Assembly: GCA_963663965.2 (NCBI GenBank)
Contig: CAXXFK010000009.1
Coordinates: 1-58,896 of the forward strand
Length of the DNA stretch: 58,896 nucleotides
Reading direction: 5' to 3'
DNA from: Sedimentisphaerales bacterium
Lineage (GTDB): Bacteria > Planctomycetota > Phycisphaerae > Sedimentisphaerales > SM23-30
The notes below the pieces were generated by a model that saw only the letters and a program-made list of their open reading frames with translations, made no database searches and was not told the DNA's origin. The translations under genes and the position numbers were made by a program. Positions 18,980 through 28,028 of this stretch are shown here, in pieces (within the stretch, counting starts at the first letter, position 1; the number at the start of each line of letters is the position of its first letter).

Positions 18980-20478
18980 ATGAAACTGATAGAATTATAC
19001 CAGGATAAGTTGTTCGGTGCAATAAGCGGTTGGGACCGGATTCGATTTCGCGGAACGATTCGTTGGCTGGCCAATAAGCTGGGCTTGGAAAAGTTTCTGG
19101 GCACACATGGCATACTTCTCAAGGACTTTACCGCCTGGGCCACTTGTATTACTGAGGCGATTCGCGCCGATTGGGATCAACAAGCCGATCGGTTGGGAAT
19201 CGAAACCCGTTATCTCAATAGCAGTAACATCGACAAAGAGAAACTGGCCCGCGAGATCGCCCTGACCCAGGGAATTACGGCCGGTCCGATTTGCCATCTG
19301 AGTGTTTTGGAGACCTGTCATGTTCCTAAGATCAAGGGCAATAAGTCTAAGAAAATAATCGAGTTGCAGATTGTTCCGAGTAAGTGTATTCATCTGTATC
19401 ATTACTTTGATCATCCGGACTACGGTTTTGGCCATGTCCGGATCCAAACCTGGGCACCCTATAATCTTTTTATCTGCCTGAACGGGCGACATTGGCTGGA
19501 GCGCCAGTTGCAAAAACACCAGATCGCCTATATCAAGGATGGCAATTGCTTTCCCTGGATTGAAGATGTGGCGCTGGCCCAGCAACTAGCTAACCGGCAA
19601 TTGGCGGTTAACTGGTCTAAGATGCTCGAACAGTTGGTTCGTCAGGCCTGCCCCTCATTGCATCAGATTCTCCCTTTGCGCCCCGAGTACTACTGGTCAG
19701 CGGAAGAGACGGAATGGGCCACCGATCTGATGTTTCGATCGGTGTCGGATGTGGAAGCGGTCTATCCGGAGTTGGTGTATCACGCCATGCGGATATCGGA
19801 TAGTCCGGCGGTGATGAAATACTTTGGCCGGCGTAACGTAACGGAGTCCGGGGCAATCCAGGGCCGGGGTCCCAATGAAGTATTGAGTGATTGCCGGCGG
19901 CGTTATCCAGGCGTTCGTGTCAAACACTGGATCAATCGCAACTCCGTCAAAATGTACAATAAAAGCGGAAGTTTATTACGCATCGAAACGACGATTAATA
20001 ATAGCCGGGATTTTAAAGTGTTTCGTTCTCCCAATGATTCTGCCCAGGGCAAAGCTTCCTGGCTGCCGATGCGTTGTCCGCAATGCAAGTGGCGGAAAAA
20101 CTCAAGGAAGTGGTCGGGACCGCCTGCGACCGGGTTCGTAAAGACAAACGGAGCTATCGCGGTCTGAATCCCTGGCAGGCGGAGGATTACCGGATGCTGA
20201 CATTTTTGGCCCAGGGCCAGTGGGCGATCCGGGGGTTTCGGAATAAGGAGATGCGCGAGTGGCTGTATCCGGCATCCAGGAACCGGTGTGCCACGGAGCA
20301 GAAACGCGATTCGGGCAAAGTTACCCGCCGGATTGCTTTGCTGCGGGCCCATGGTCTGGTCAAGAAAGTTGCCAAGGAAAATCGCTATATGCTGACCGGC
20401 AAGGGCCAGAAGTTCGTGACAGGTCTGATGGCGGCATCCGATGTTGATATTAAACGACTTACCGAAATGGTGGCATGA
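18980..20478 (+). pseudogene. Putative transposase-like protein with C-terminal winged-HTH, disrupted at ~20065-20073
   Basis: 'GAISGWDRIRFRGTIRWL', 'YFDHPDYGFGHVRIQTWAPY', 'RVKHWINRNSVKMYNKSGSLLRIETTIN'; second frame 'GFRNKEMR...KVTRRIALLRAHGLVKKV...RYMLTGKG'. ATG at 18980 follows GAGGAC. Confidence 0.7.
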
Positions 20479-20528
20479 AAACTTTGCTAAAAAAACAAAG
20501 AGATGAGGGATTGTCGTGCGGAAAGACG

Positions 20529-20551
20529 CAGGGCGGTCAAGCCGCAACCAA
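20529..20551 (+). repeat. Right 23-bp direct repeat
   Basis: Identical to 18877-18899. Confidence 0.95.
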
Positions 20552-20622
20552 GAAAAAATCTCACACCAAGCCACCAGGAAAAACAGCCGGTTTAACGCAA
20601 AGCCGCAAAGCATCCGTTGATC

Positions 20623-21101
20623 ATGGTTGCGACTACTGCGCTGCTGACTTTTTTGCCGCTGGTTACGCTTCTGGTGTTATTTGAGGCGGGTGAGTCGGGG
20701 CTGTATTTCGGGACATTCACCTATATGTTCAGCGGCAACCTCTTTGCTTCCGACTGGGACCGTATCCACGCGGGATTTGCGCTGGATCAGCCGACTATCG
20801 GAAAATGGTACTTCTGGTTCAGTGTGTTTACGGTTCTGAGTATTCCCTATCTGGTGGCTATCAAGTGTTATTGTGTGCGCCAGTCCATTCAGCGGCACAC
20901 TATTTTTTGCTGGGGCTGACAATGCTGTCATTGTTTTTACTGTGTCTGCTGAGTATTCCCTTTTACTGGCTGATTCAATATATCTATGCGATGGGGGTTA
21001 CTACCAGGCGCATTGCGGGTATTTTGTATGGTATTGTTGGTTATATGGTGGTACTGGGTTTTTAACTCTGGGTGATTCGATTCAAGCGTCAGGTACTCTA
21101 A
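20623..21101 (+). pseudogene. Degraded membrane-protein gene (DUF4153-like fragment)
   Basis: Hydrophobic ORF with a frameshift at T6 20903-20908 and an in-frame TAA at 21063-21065; 'LIQYIYAMGVTTRRIAG'. Confidence 0.45.
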
Positions 21102-21151
21102 AGTTAAAACAAGGTTGAAACAGCAGCCACCACACCACCGGAACGGAAATG

Positions 21152-22540
21152 TCAAGTTGGGGTGGGGATATAGGCGTTCATGGTTTTGAGCCAGAGGTCC
21201 AGTTGCGTTTGGAGTTCTTGGGCTTTTTGGGGGTTCTGGTCGTAAAGGTTGTTTGTTTCGCCGGGATCGTCTTTGAGGTTATAGAGTTCGAGTTGGTTGT
21301 CCTGATAATGATGGATTAATTTGAAGTGGCCTGAACGGATGGCGCTGCAGGGGGTTTCGCCGGCGCCGTGGTAATGGGGGTAGTGCCAGTAGAAGGTGGA
21401 GCGGTCAAGTCGGTCTTTTTGTTGTTTCAATAATGGGGTTATAGATAAACCATCCAGATGTTGACCGGGGAGTAACGGCAGATTCAGCATGTCCAGGATA
21501 GTCGGGTAGAAATCGTTGGAAATGACGGGGCAATCACAAATGGAGTTGGGCTGAACGACGTCGGGCCAGCGGATGATGGTGGGGACCCGGATTCCACCTT
21601 CGTAATAGTAGCCTTTGCCACTGCGGAGCGGGGTGTTGACGGTGATCCCGGATTTGGTGAGGCCGCCGTTATCGGAGGTGAATATGACGATGGTGTCCTG
21701 AGCGATACCGGCGGTTTTCAGGGCGTTGAGCATTTTGCCGATGTTGAGGTCGAGACAATGGACCATGGCAGCGTATCTGGGATTCTGCCAGGCGCAGTCG
21801 GGCATGGATTTGAGTTTCTTTTCATAATGTTCGCGCAGATCGTTACGGGCTTCGATGGGAGTATGGACGGTGTGGAAATTCATCATGAGGAAGAAAGGTT
21901 GTGAATCATCCTGAGCGTATTGACCGATCAGTTTTGCCGCTTCGTCACCGAGGATATCGGTCAGATGGCGGGCGTTGGGTGCGGGATTCTTTTTGCCGGT
22001 GATGGGGGGATCGAAATAACCTTTGGCAAAGCCCAGTTGCTCCTTGTCGATATACGGATCGTATCCCTGGTCGGTTGGCAGGAAATCCTTGCCGCCCAGA
22101 TGCCATTTGCCGAGCATGGCGCAGCGATAGCCATGTTCGTGCAGCGTTTCGGCGATGGTTTTTTCGGACAGGGGCAATTGCTGTTCGGTGTGTTTTTCGA
22201 CAAGTTGTGTGTTCTTTTTGCGCATGCCGGGGATCCAGTCGGTGATACCAACGCGGATGGGGTATTTACCGGTCTGGATACTGGCGCGGGTGGGAGAACA
22301 GACGGCACAGGCGGTATAGGCCTGTTGGAAGCGCATGCCATCAGAAGCCAGTTGGTTGAGATGGGGTGTTTCATGCAATGGATTGCCGTAACAACCGAGA
22401 TCGGCCCAGCCCAGGTCATCGGCTAATATGAAGAGTATATTCTTTTTGGGTTCTGGTTCGGGGGCTGCTTTCAGGATGGCTGGCGAAAACAGAAAGCCCA
22501 GTCCTGAAGCCGCGTTTTTAATAAAGTGGCGACGGTTCAT
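21152..22540 (-). CDS. Sulfatase (S1, Cys-type) with Tat signal peptide
   Basis: 'MNRRHFIK' twin-arginine motif; 'ADDLG', 'CSPTRASIQTG', 'GKWHLG', 'SDNGG', 'YEGGIRVP'. Confidence 0.93.
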   Translation of the reverse strand: MNRRHFIKNAASGLGFLFSPAILKAAPEPEPKKNILFILADDLGWADLGCYGNPLHETPHLNQLASDGMRFQQAYTACAVCSPTRASIQTGKYPIRVGITDWIPGMRKKNTQLVEKHTEQQLPLSEKTIAETLHEHGYRCAMLGKWHLGGKDFLPTDQGYDPYIDKEQLGFAKGYFDPPITGKKNPAPNARHLTDILGDEAAKLIGQYAQDDSQPFFLMMNFHTVHTPIEARNDLREHYEKKLKSMPDCAWQNPRYAAMVHCLDLNIGKMLNALKTAGIAQDTIVIFTSDNGGLTKSGITVNTPLRSGKGYYYEGGIRVPTIIRWPDVVQPNSICDCPVISNDFYPTILDMLNLPLLPGQHLDGLSITPLLKQQKDRLDRSTFYWHYPHYHGAGETPCSAIRSGHFKLIHHYQDNQLELYNLKDDPGETNNLYDQNPQKAQELQTQLDLWLKTMNAYIPTPT

Positions 22541-22637
22541 AGTATACCTCGATTTGGCAGGCAATTACTGGAAGATTATCAGGGCTCACGTATCTGGAGC
22601 AGGCTGATGTCTACTGACCGGAGTATGTCGGCTTTGT

Positions 22638-24980
22638 CTATGACGATGGCGAGGGTGTTGGCGCCGGTACGGCGGTCTGGGCGTCCAGGGCGGAGGCGCT
22701 GGTTTTACGCAGGAGCGTGCCGTTGAGATAGATATGGACGGGGAAGGCGATATCGGTTCTGGGATTGAAGCCGTCGAGTTTTTCGGTGGATTGCAGGCCG
22801 GTGTTGGTGCGGCCGAGGGCCAGTTTGAAAACCGGCTGGTCAATGGCCTGGTTGAGATTGAAGGTTTTACGCAGGCAGAGACGATTGTTACGCGGGGACG
22901 CGGAATCGAAGGCTGACAGTACTGATTGATCGTGCCGGATGGGCAGGGTGACGGAGGTCCAGCCGGAATCCTTGAAATCGGGACGGGTCCATGGTCCGGA
23001 GAGGATTGGGTTGCGTTGGGGGCCGGTGGATTCGATTTTTGCGTTGGCGGAAGCCTGCCATTTAGCGCCGGAGGGAAATACTGGATTCAAGACGGGAGGA
23101 GTATAGAGGCGGTCGTGCAAGGCTTTGAGGGTGGCGACGGGGATTTTGGAGACGCGGCGATCGTAGGTCAGCCAGCCATTGCATTCGTGTTCGACGTCGG
23201 TGATCTGGGTGTAAACCGCGCCGTTGCAGCCGGCGGCGGCGTTGAGACAGCGGATGGTCTCGAGGAAGAAGCGATAGGGTTCCTGCCAGGCGCTGCCATT
23301 GGCAAAGGTGGCGCGGCCGCCTTCTGTGGTCCAGGTGAAACTGGTGGGCGGTTTGGTCTGATCGTACCAGGTATGGTTGGGAATATAGATATTGTGGCCG
23401 CCGAGTTCGCCCAGGACGATGGCGCGGTTGGGATTATCCGCGGGGGCGCTGATATTGGGGTAGAAGGAGTAATCGTGATGATCGCGAATGTGGCCGACGG
23501 GGAAGTCGGTCCAGCCGCTGGCGGCTGAGACAAGGCGGCTGGGATCGCGCTGCATGACCCATTCGGTAAATGAGATGGTATTGTGCTGGCTCCAGGCTTC
23601 GTTGAAGACAATCCATTGGACGATGGCGGGGTGGTTTTCGAGCCAGCCGATCATGGCGTTCAATTCGGTTTGCCATTGCCGGGAGGCCGGTTTATCGACG
23701 GTCTGGCCGTATTTGGGCATGCAGATCATGTCCTGCCAGACCATCAGGCCGAGTTTGTCGCACCAGTAATACCAGCGGTCTGGATGGGTTTTGATATGGA
23801 CGCGCACCATGTTACAGCCGATGTCGCGGAGGTATTGGACATCATAGCGGGCGGCATCGTCGGAAGGTGGAGTGAGAATGCCATCGGGCCAGTAGCCCTG
23901 ATCGAGCGGGCCGAAGTGGAAGCTGACCTGATTGTTCAGGAAGATGCGCGTGAAGCCATCGGCGGCCTTTTTGATTTCGATTTTGCGCATGCCGAAATAG
24001 CTGCTGACTCCATCTATAATGCGATTGTTTTCTATCAGAGAGACTTTCAGATCGTACAGGAATGGATTATCGGGGGACCAGAGCCTGGGATAGGGGATGG
24101 GGATGGCGGTTTTCCGGTTGGTCTGTCCGGTGATGGAGGTGATGAGTCTATCGCCATCCACAATGGCGGCCGCGAAATCGGTGGATTTATCGGTGGTGGA
24201 GTTGACGGTTAAGTACAGTTGTTGATTATCGATATCCGGGACCATTTTCAGGCTGGTGATCGAAATGGGATTGACCGGTTCGAGCCAGACCGTTTGCCAG
24301 ATGCCGCCGGTGGGTTGATAGCGGAAGCCCTGGCGGTTTTCGGGCATGATCTGTTTGCCGATGGCCTGGCATTGCTGTTCGGCGCCATCCCAGGCACAGA
24401 TGATCAGTTCATTCTGGCCGGATTTCAGCGCGGAGGTGATGTCGAAGCTGAAGGGATCGTAGCCGCCCCGATGCTGACCGATGCGCTGGTTGTTGACATA
24501 GACGGAGGTTTCCCAGTCGCAGGCCTGGATGTGCAGGATAATCCGCTGATCCTGCCAACTGGAAGGGATGGTAACAGTACGCCGGTACCAGATGCGTTCA
24601 GTGGGGCGGAGGATATGCTTGACGCCGGATAAGGCTGAGTCGATGGCGAAGGGAACCAGGATTTTGCCTTGCCAGGTGGCGGGGGCTGGTCCGGTGGTCA
24701 TGGATTCCTGTTGGATGAGTCCCTGAATGGGGGTGAAATCAACCGGTTCCAGTGAGTAGTCCCAGAGGCCGTTGAGATTGAGCCATTGTTCGCGAACCAG
24801 TTGCGGGCGGGGATATTCCTGCCAGGCGTTATCGGGGGTGAGGGTTTCGGCCCAGGGTGTCATTAAGGGATTGTCGGCGATTTTCCAATCCTGGGCCAGC
24901 GTGACAGAAAAGAGAATAACCGTCAGATAAAGACAGGCAGCGATACGATTCATGGCGAGCCTTCCGAAGATATAATTCAC
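22638..24980 (-). CDS. Glycoside hydrolase family 2 (beta-galactosidase/furanosidase-like); extreme C-terminus probably frameshifted (alternative stop at 22579)
   Basis: 'YPRPQLVREQWLNLNGLW', 'HRGGYDPF', 'GGIWQTVWLE', 'GPLDQGYWPDG', 'FNEAW', 'LGELGG', 'YTQITDVEHECNG'. Confidence 0.88.
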   Translation of the reverse strand: MNYIFGRLAMNRIAACLYLTVILFSVTLAQDWKIADNPLMTPWAETLTPDNAWQEYPRPQLVREQWLNLNGLWDYSLEPVDFTPIQGLIQQESMTTGPAPATWQGKILVPFAIDSALSGVKHILRPTERIWYRRTVTIPSSWQDQRIILHIQACDWETSVYVNNQRIGQHRGGYDPFSFDITSALKSGQNELIICAWDGAEQQCQAIGKQIMPENRQGFRYQPTGGIWQTVWLEPVNPISITSLKMVPDIDNQQLYLTVNSTTDKSTDFAAAIVDGDRLITSITGQTNRKTAIPIPYPRLWSPDNPFLYDLKVSLIENNRIIDGVSSYFGMRKIEIKKAADGFTRIFLNNQVSFHFGPLDQGYWPDGILTPPSDDAARYDVQYLRDIGCNMVRVHIKTHPDRWYYWCDKLGLMVWQDMICMPKYGQTVDKPASRQWQTELNAMIGWLENHPAIVQWIVFNEAWSQHNTISFTEWVMQRDPSRLVSAASGWTDFPVGHIRDHHDYSFYPNISAPADNPNRAIVLGELGGHNIYIPNHTWYDQTKPPTSFTWTTEGGRATFANGSAWQEPYRFFLETIRCLNAAAGCNGAVYTQITDVEHECNGWLTYDRRVSKIPVATLKALHDRLYTPPVLNPVFPSGAKWQASANAKIESTGPQRNPILSGPWTRPDFKDSGWTSVTLPIRHDQSVLSAFDSASPRNNRLCLRKTFNLNQAIDQPVFKLALGRTNTGLQSTEKLDGFNPRTDIAFPVHIYLNGTLLRKTSASALDAQTAVPAPTPSPSS

Positions 24981-24998
24981 TGTGATCTTGGAGATTGA

Positions 24999-26624
24999 TT
25001 ATTGAGGTTTGGGATAGACGTGGGCTTTTTGCGCCCAGGCTTTCCAGAGGGTAGAGAGTTCTTTGACCTTTTCGGGGTGGGTGGCGGCGAGGTCATTTAA
25101 TTCGACGCGGTCCTGACTCAGGTTGTAGAGTTCCCATTTATTTTCTTTTAAACCTTTGGGGACTGAAATGGCGGTGCCTACCAGTTTCCAGTCGCCGGCG
25201 ATAATGGCGGCGTTGTTTTCATGTTCGAAATAGAGCGGACCGGGGCGGTTGAGGGAGCGGCTCTGGAAGGCTGGTTTGAGTGAGACGCCGGTGATGGGGA
25301 TGATATCGTTGCCCAGGTAGGTTTTGGGGTAGGCAGCCTGGGATAGTTCCAGAACGGTTGGCATGATATCGATCAGCGTGGCCGGTTCACGGAACCACTG
25401 GCCGGTCTGTTTGATGCCGGCGGGCCAGTGGGCGATGAACGGGGTGGATATGCCGCCTTCATGGGTGTAATGTTTGAATTTTCTAAAAGGGGTGTTGGAG
25501 GCGTTGGCCCAGACCAGGCCATAAGAGGGACCCGCGCCGTAGGTATGTTCCCAGTTTTCGAGATCAAAGGGGTCGGAGTTGCCACCGAGTTCGCCGCCTT
25601 CGGCGCAGCCGCCGTTGTCGGAAAGGAACATGATCAGGGTGTTTTCATAGATGCCGTTGGTTTTGAGGGCGGTGACCAACTTGCCGATATTCTGATCCAT
25701 GCGGTCGACCGCGGCGGCGTAGTAAGCCATGCGGAGGGCCATATCTTTTTGTTTTTGCGGGGTGAGTTCATCCCAGGCTCTGCCGGCCCGCTCGCTTAAG
25801 GGGCAGTCGGGCGGGAGCAGGCCGATGTCTTTTTGTTTTTGAAGGCGCTGTTCGCGGAGTTTATCCCATCCCATCATATATTTGCCGCGGTATTTGGCGA
25901 TTTCTTCCTGATGGGCGTGAAGCGGCCAGTGGGGGCAGTTATAGGCCAGGTAGAGGAAGAAGGGACGGTTCTGATCCCGGCGTTCTTCATTGATGAACTG
26001 GATGGCGTAATCGGTGAAGGCGTCGGTAGTATAGTAGCGGCGGTCGGTGGTGCTCGAGGGAGTAGTGAGTTGTACGTTGCCCAGGGTAATCCCGCGCGGA
26101 TGTTCGGGATAGAAGAAATTGCAGGCGCCGGGGATGATGCCATAGTATTTTTCGAATCCGCGTTGCAGCGGCCAGCGGTTCTGGTCATTGATACCGAGGT
26201 GCCATTTGCCGGTCATCAGGGTGGCGTAGCCGGCTTCTTTGACGGCTTCGGCGATGGTGACGCAATGGCGATTGAGGAACCCACGATAATTGGGGAACTC
26301 CGGGCCGGCGTCGTGCTGTTTGCTATCGGGTGGATTGGTCATGTGGCCGATGCCGGTTTCGTGGGGATGCAGCCCGGTCATGAGTGAGGCCCGGGTGGGG
26401 CAGCAGCGGGCGGTGTTATAGAACTGGGAGAACCGAATGCCCTCTTCGGCAAGTTTATTGAGGTTGGGGGTGTCGATCTCGCCACCATAGCAGCCGATAT
26501 CGGAAAAACCCATGTCGTCCGCCATGATCAGAATGATATTGGGACGGTTGGCAGTCTGGGCGAAGAGGGTCAGGGTTAAGAAGAGTATGACAGTTATTGA
26601 TCTGAGTAGCATTCGATAATCCAT
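24999..26624 (-). CDS. Arylsulfatase (S1, Cys-type)
   Basis: Signal peptide; 'ADDMGFSDIGCYG', 'RCCPTRASLMTG', 'GKWHLG', 'HEGGISTP'. Confidence 0.93.
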   Translation of the reverse strand: MDYRMLLRSITVILFLTLTLFAQTANRPNIILIMADDMGFSDIGCYGGEIDTPNLNKLAEEGIRFSQFYNTARCCPTRASLMTGLHPHETGIGHMTNPPDSKQHDAGPEFPNYRGFLNRHCVTIAEAVKEAGYATLMTGKWHLGINDQNRWPLQRGFEKYYGIIPGACNFFYPEHPRGITLGNVQLTTPSSTTDRRYYTTDAFTDYAIQFINEERRDQNRPFFLYLAYNCPHWPLHAHQEEIAKYRGKYMMGWDKLREQRLQKQKDIGLLPPDCPLSERAGRAWDELTPQKQKDMALRMAYYAAAVDRMDQNIGKLVTALKTNGIYENTLIMFLSDNGGCAEGGELGGNSDPFDLENWEHTYGAGPSYGLVWANASNTPFRKFKHYTHEGGISTPFIAHWPAGIKQTGQWFREPATLIDIMPTVLELSQAAYPKTYLGNDIIPITGVSLKPAFQSRSLNRPGPLYFEHENNAAIIAGDWKLVGTAISVPKGLKENKWELYNLSQDRVELNDLAATHPEKVKELSTLWKAWAQKAHVYPKPQ

Positions 26625-26669
26625 GGATATTCCTTTATGTCTGGAGAACAAAGTTTTGCAGGAACTCGA

Positions 26670-27983
26670 TCACTCTGAATCGTCCGGTCTGGACTGATTC
26701 GTCAGTGGCGGAACCGCGTCTTTAAGCATTTCTTTGAGACGGACGTTCATGATTGCGGCCTGTTGGGGATGTTCTGTGGCCAGGTTATGGGTTTCGCCGA
26801 TGTCTTCGGCCAGATTATAAAGTTCAATTTTGCCTGAGGCCAGCTGAATCAATTTCCAATCGCCCATGCGGATGGCGGCCTGGTTGGGTTGGGCCAGCAA
26901 CAGGGCGTCCCGCTGTAGAGGTGTGCCGTTTTGGAGCAGGGGCATAATATCAACGCCATCAACAGGAAGGGACTGAACCGGTGAGACGCCAGTCAGCTTT
27001 AACAGGGTGGGATACCAGTCGATCAGGTGGACCGGATCCTGAACCGTTTTGCCGGCGGGTATTTTGTCCGGCCAGACCGCGAAGGCCGCGGAACGCACAC
27101 CGCCTTCGTAGATGGAGCCTTTGCCATCGCGCAGAGGTTGGTTGCTGGTGTACTGATCCGGCTGAACGCCGCCGTTGTCGCTGGAGAAAATGATGAGGGT
27201 GTTGTCCCGCAGGTTGCTGTCGGTCAAGGCCTGAATTATCTGGCCGATGGCTTCATCCACTGCTGATAACATCCCGGCCATGGTGCGGCGTTTGGGCGGC
27301 AGGTTCCGATAGGGTGTCTGATATTTATCGGGAACCTGAAAGGGAGCGTGTACTGCGTTAAAGGCGACGTAGAGAAAGATGGGTTTCTCGTTGGATTGCC
27401 GGCTGATCAGGCGCACGGCTTCCCGGGCGATAAGGTGGGTGGAATAACCATCTTCTGTCAGCGGCTGGTCGTCGCGGTACCAGTCCACCCGGCCGCCGCG
27501 TTCGTGCGTGAAATAATCGATCATGCCGTACCACAAGCCATACTGATGGTCATAGCCGCGCTGCATGGGGCGGTATTGGGATTGGAATTCACCCAGATGC
27601 CATTTGCCACAGATGGCCGTAATGTAGCCCGCTTCATGAAGCGCCTGAGGCAGAAGGCGTTCGTTGAGGGGCAGGCCGAATTTTGAGTCGGTTTTGAGGG
27701 CGCCATAGATGCCATGGCGGATGGGCAGCCGGCCGGTCATGAGGCAGGCCCGTGAAGTTGAGCAGAGCGGCTGGACATAATAGTTGGCGAAGATTGTGCC
27801 GCATTGCGCCAGTGAGTCGATGTTGGGTGTTTTGATATTTTTACCGCCATTAAAGCCGCAATCGGAAAAGCCCATATCATCAATCAGAAAATAGACGATA
27901 TTGGGTTTATCGGTGGCTTGAATGATCTGGCAGAGCGCCAGGATGATTATGGCAAACAGGGCAAAAATCCAACTTTTATTCAT
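26670..27983 (-). CDS. Arylsulfatase B-like sulfatase
   Basis: 'IDDMGF', variant signature 'CSTSRACLMTGR', 'GKWHLG', 'FNAVHAP', 'YEGGVR'. Confidence 0.9.
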   Translation of the reverse strand: MNKSWIFALFAIIILALCQIIQATDKPNIVYFLIDDMGFSDCGFNGGKNIKTPNIDSLAQCGTIFANYYVQPLCSTSRACLMTGRLPIRHGIYGALKTDSKFGLPLNERLLPQALHEAGYITAICGKWHLGEFQSQYRPMQRGYDHQYGLWYGMIDYFTHERGGRVDWYRDDQPLTEDGYSTHLIAREAVRLISRQSNEKPIFLYVAFNAVHAPFQVPDKYQTPYRNLPPKRRTMAGMLSAVDEAIGQIIQALTDSNLRDNTLIIFSSDNGGVQPDQYTSNQPLRDGKGSIYEGGVRSAAFAVWPDKIPAGKTVQDPVHLIDWYPTLLKLTGVSPVQSLPVDGVDIMPLLQNGTPLQRDALLLAQPNQAAIRMGDWKLIQLASGKIELYNLAEDIGETHNLATEHPQQAAIMNVRLKEMLKDAVPPLTNQSRPDDSE

Positions 27984-28028
27984 TGATGTGATCTCATGAA
28001 AAATTAGTATGTAACGGTAGAATGAGTT

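Larger units (their letters stand above)
18877..20551 (+). mobile_element. IS-like element bounded by exact 23-bp direct repeats, no terminal inverted repeats
   Basis: CAGGGCGGTCAAGCCGCAACCAA at 18877-18899 and 20529-20551, flanking a single transposase-like gene. Confidence 0.7.

Noticed and set aside
18877..20551. CRISPR array or classical IS with inverted repeats
   Set aside because: Only two repeat copies, 1.65 kb apart, with no spacers or cas genes; the inner ends show no inverted repeat.
19903..20684. 236-aa antisense ORF and 69-aa ORF spanning the element end
   Set aside because: Shadows of the transposase frame and repeat; no recognisable motifs.
21063..21065. Stop-codon readthrough or recoding
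   Set aside because: A single TAA in an already frameshifted gene; all other genes use standard stops.
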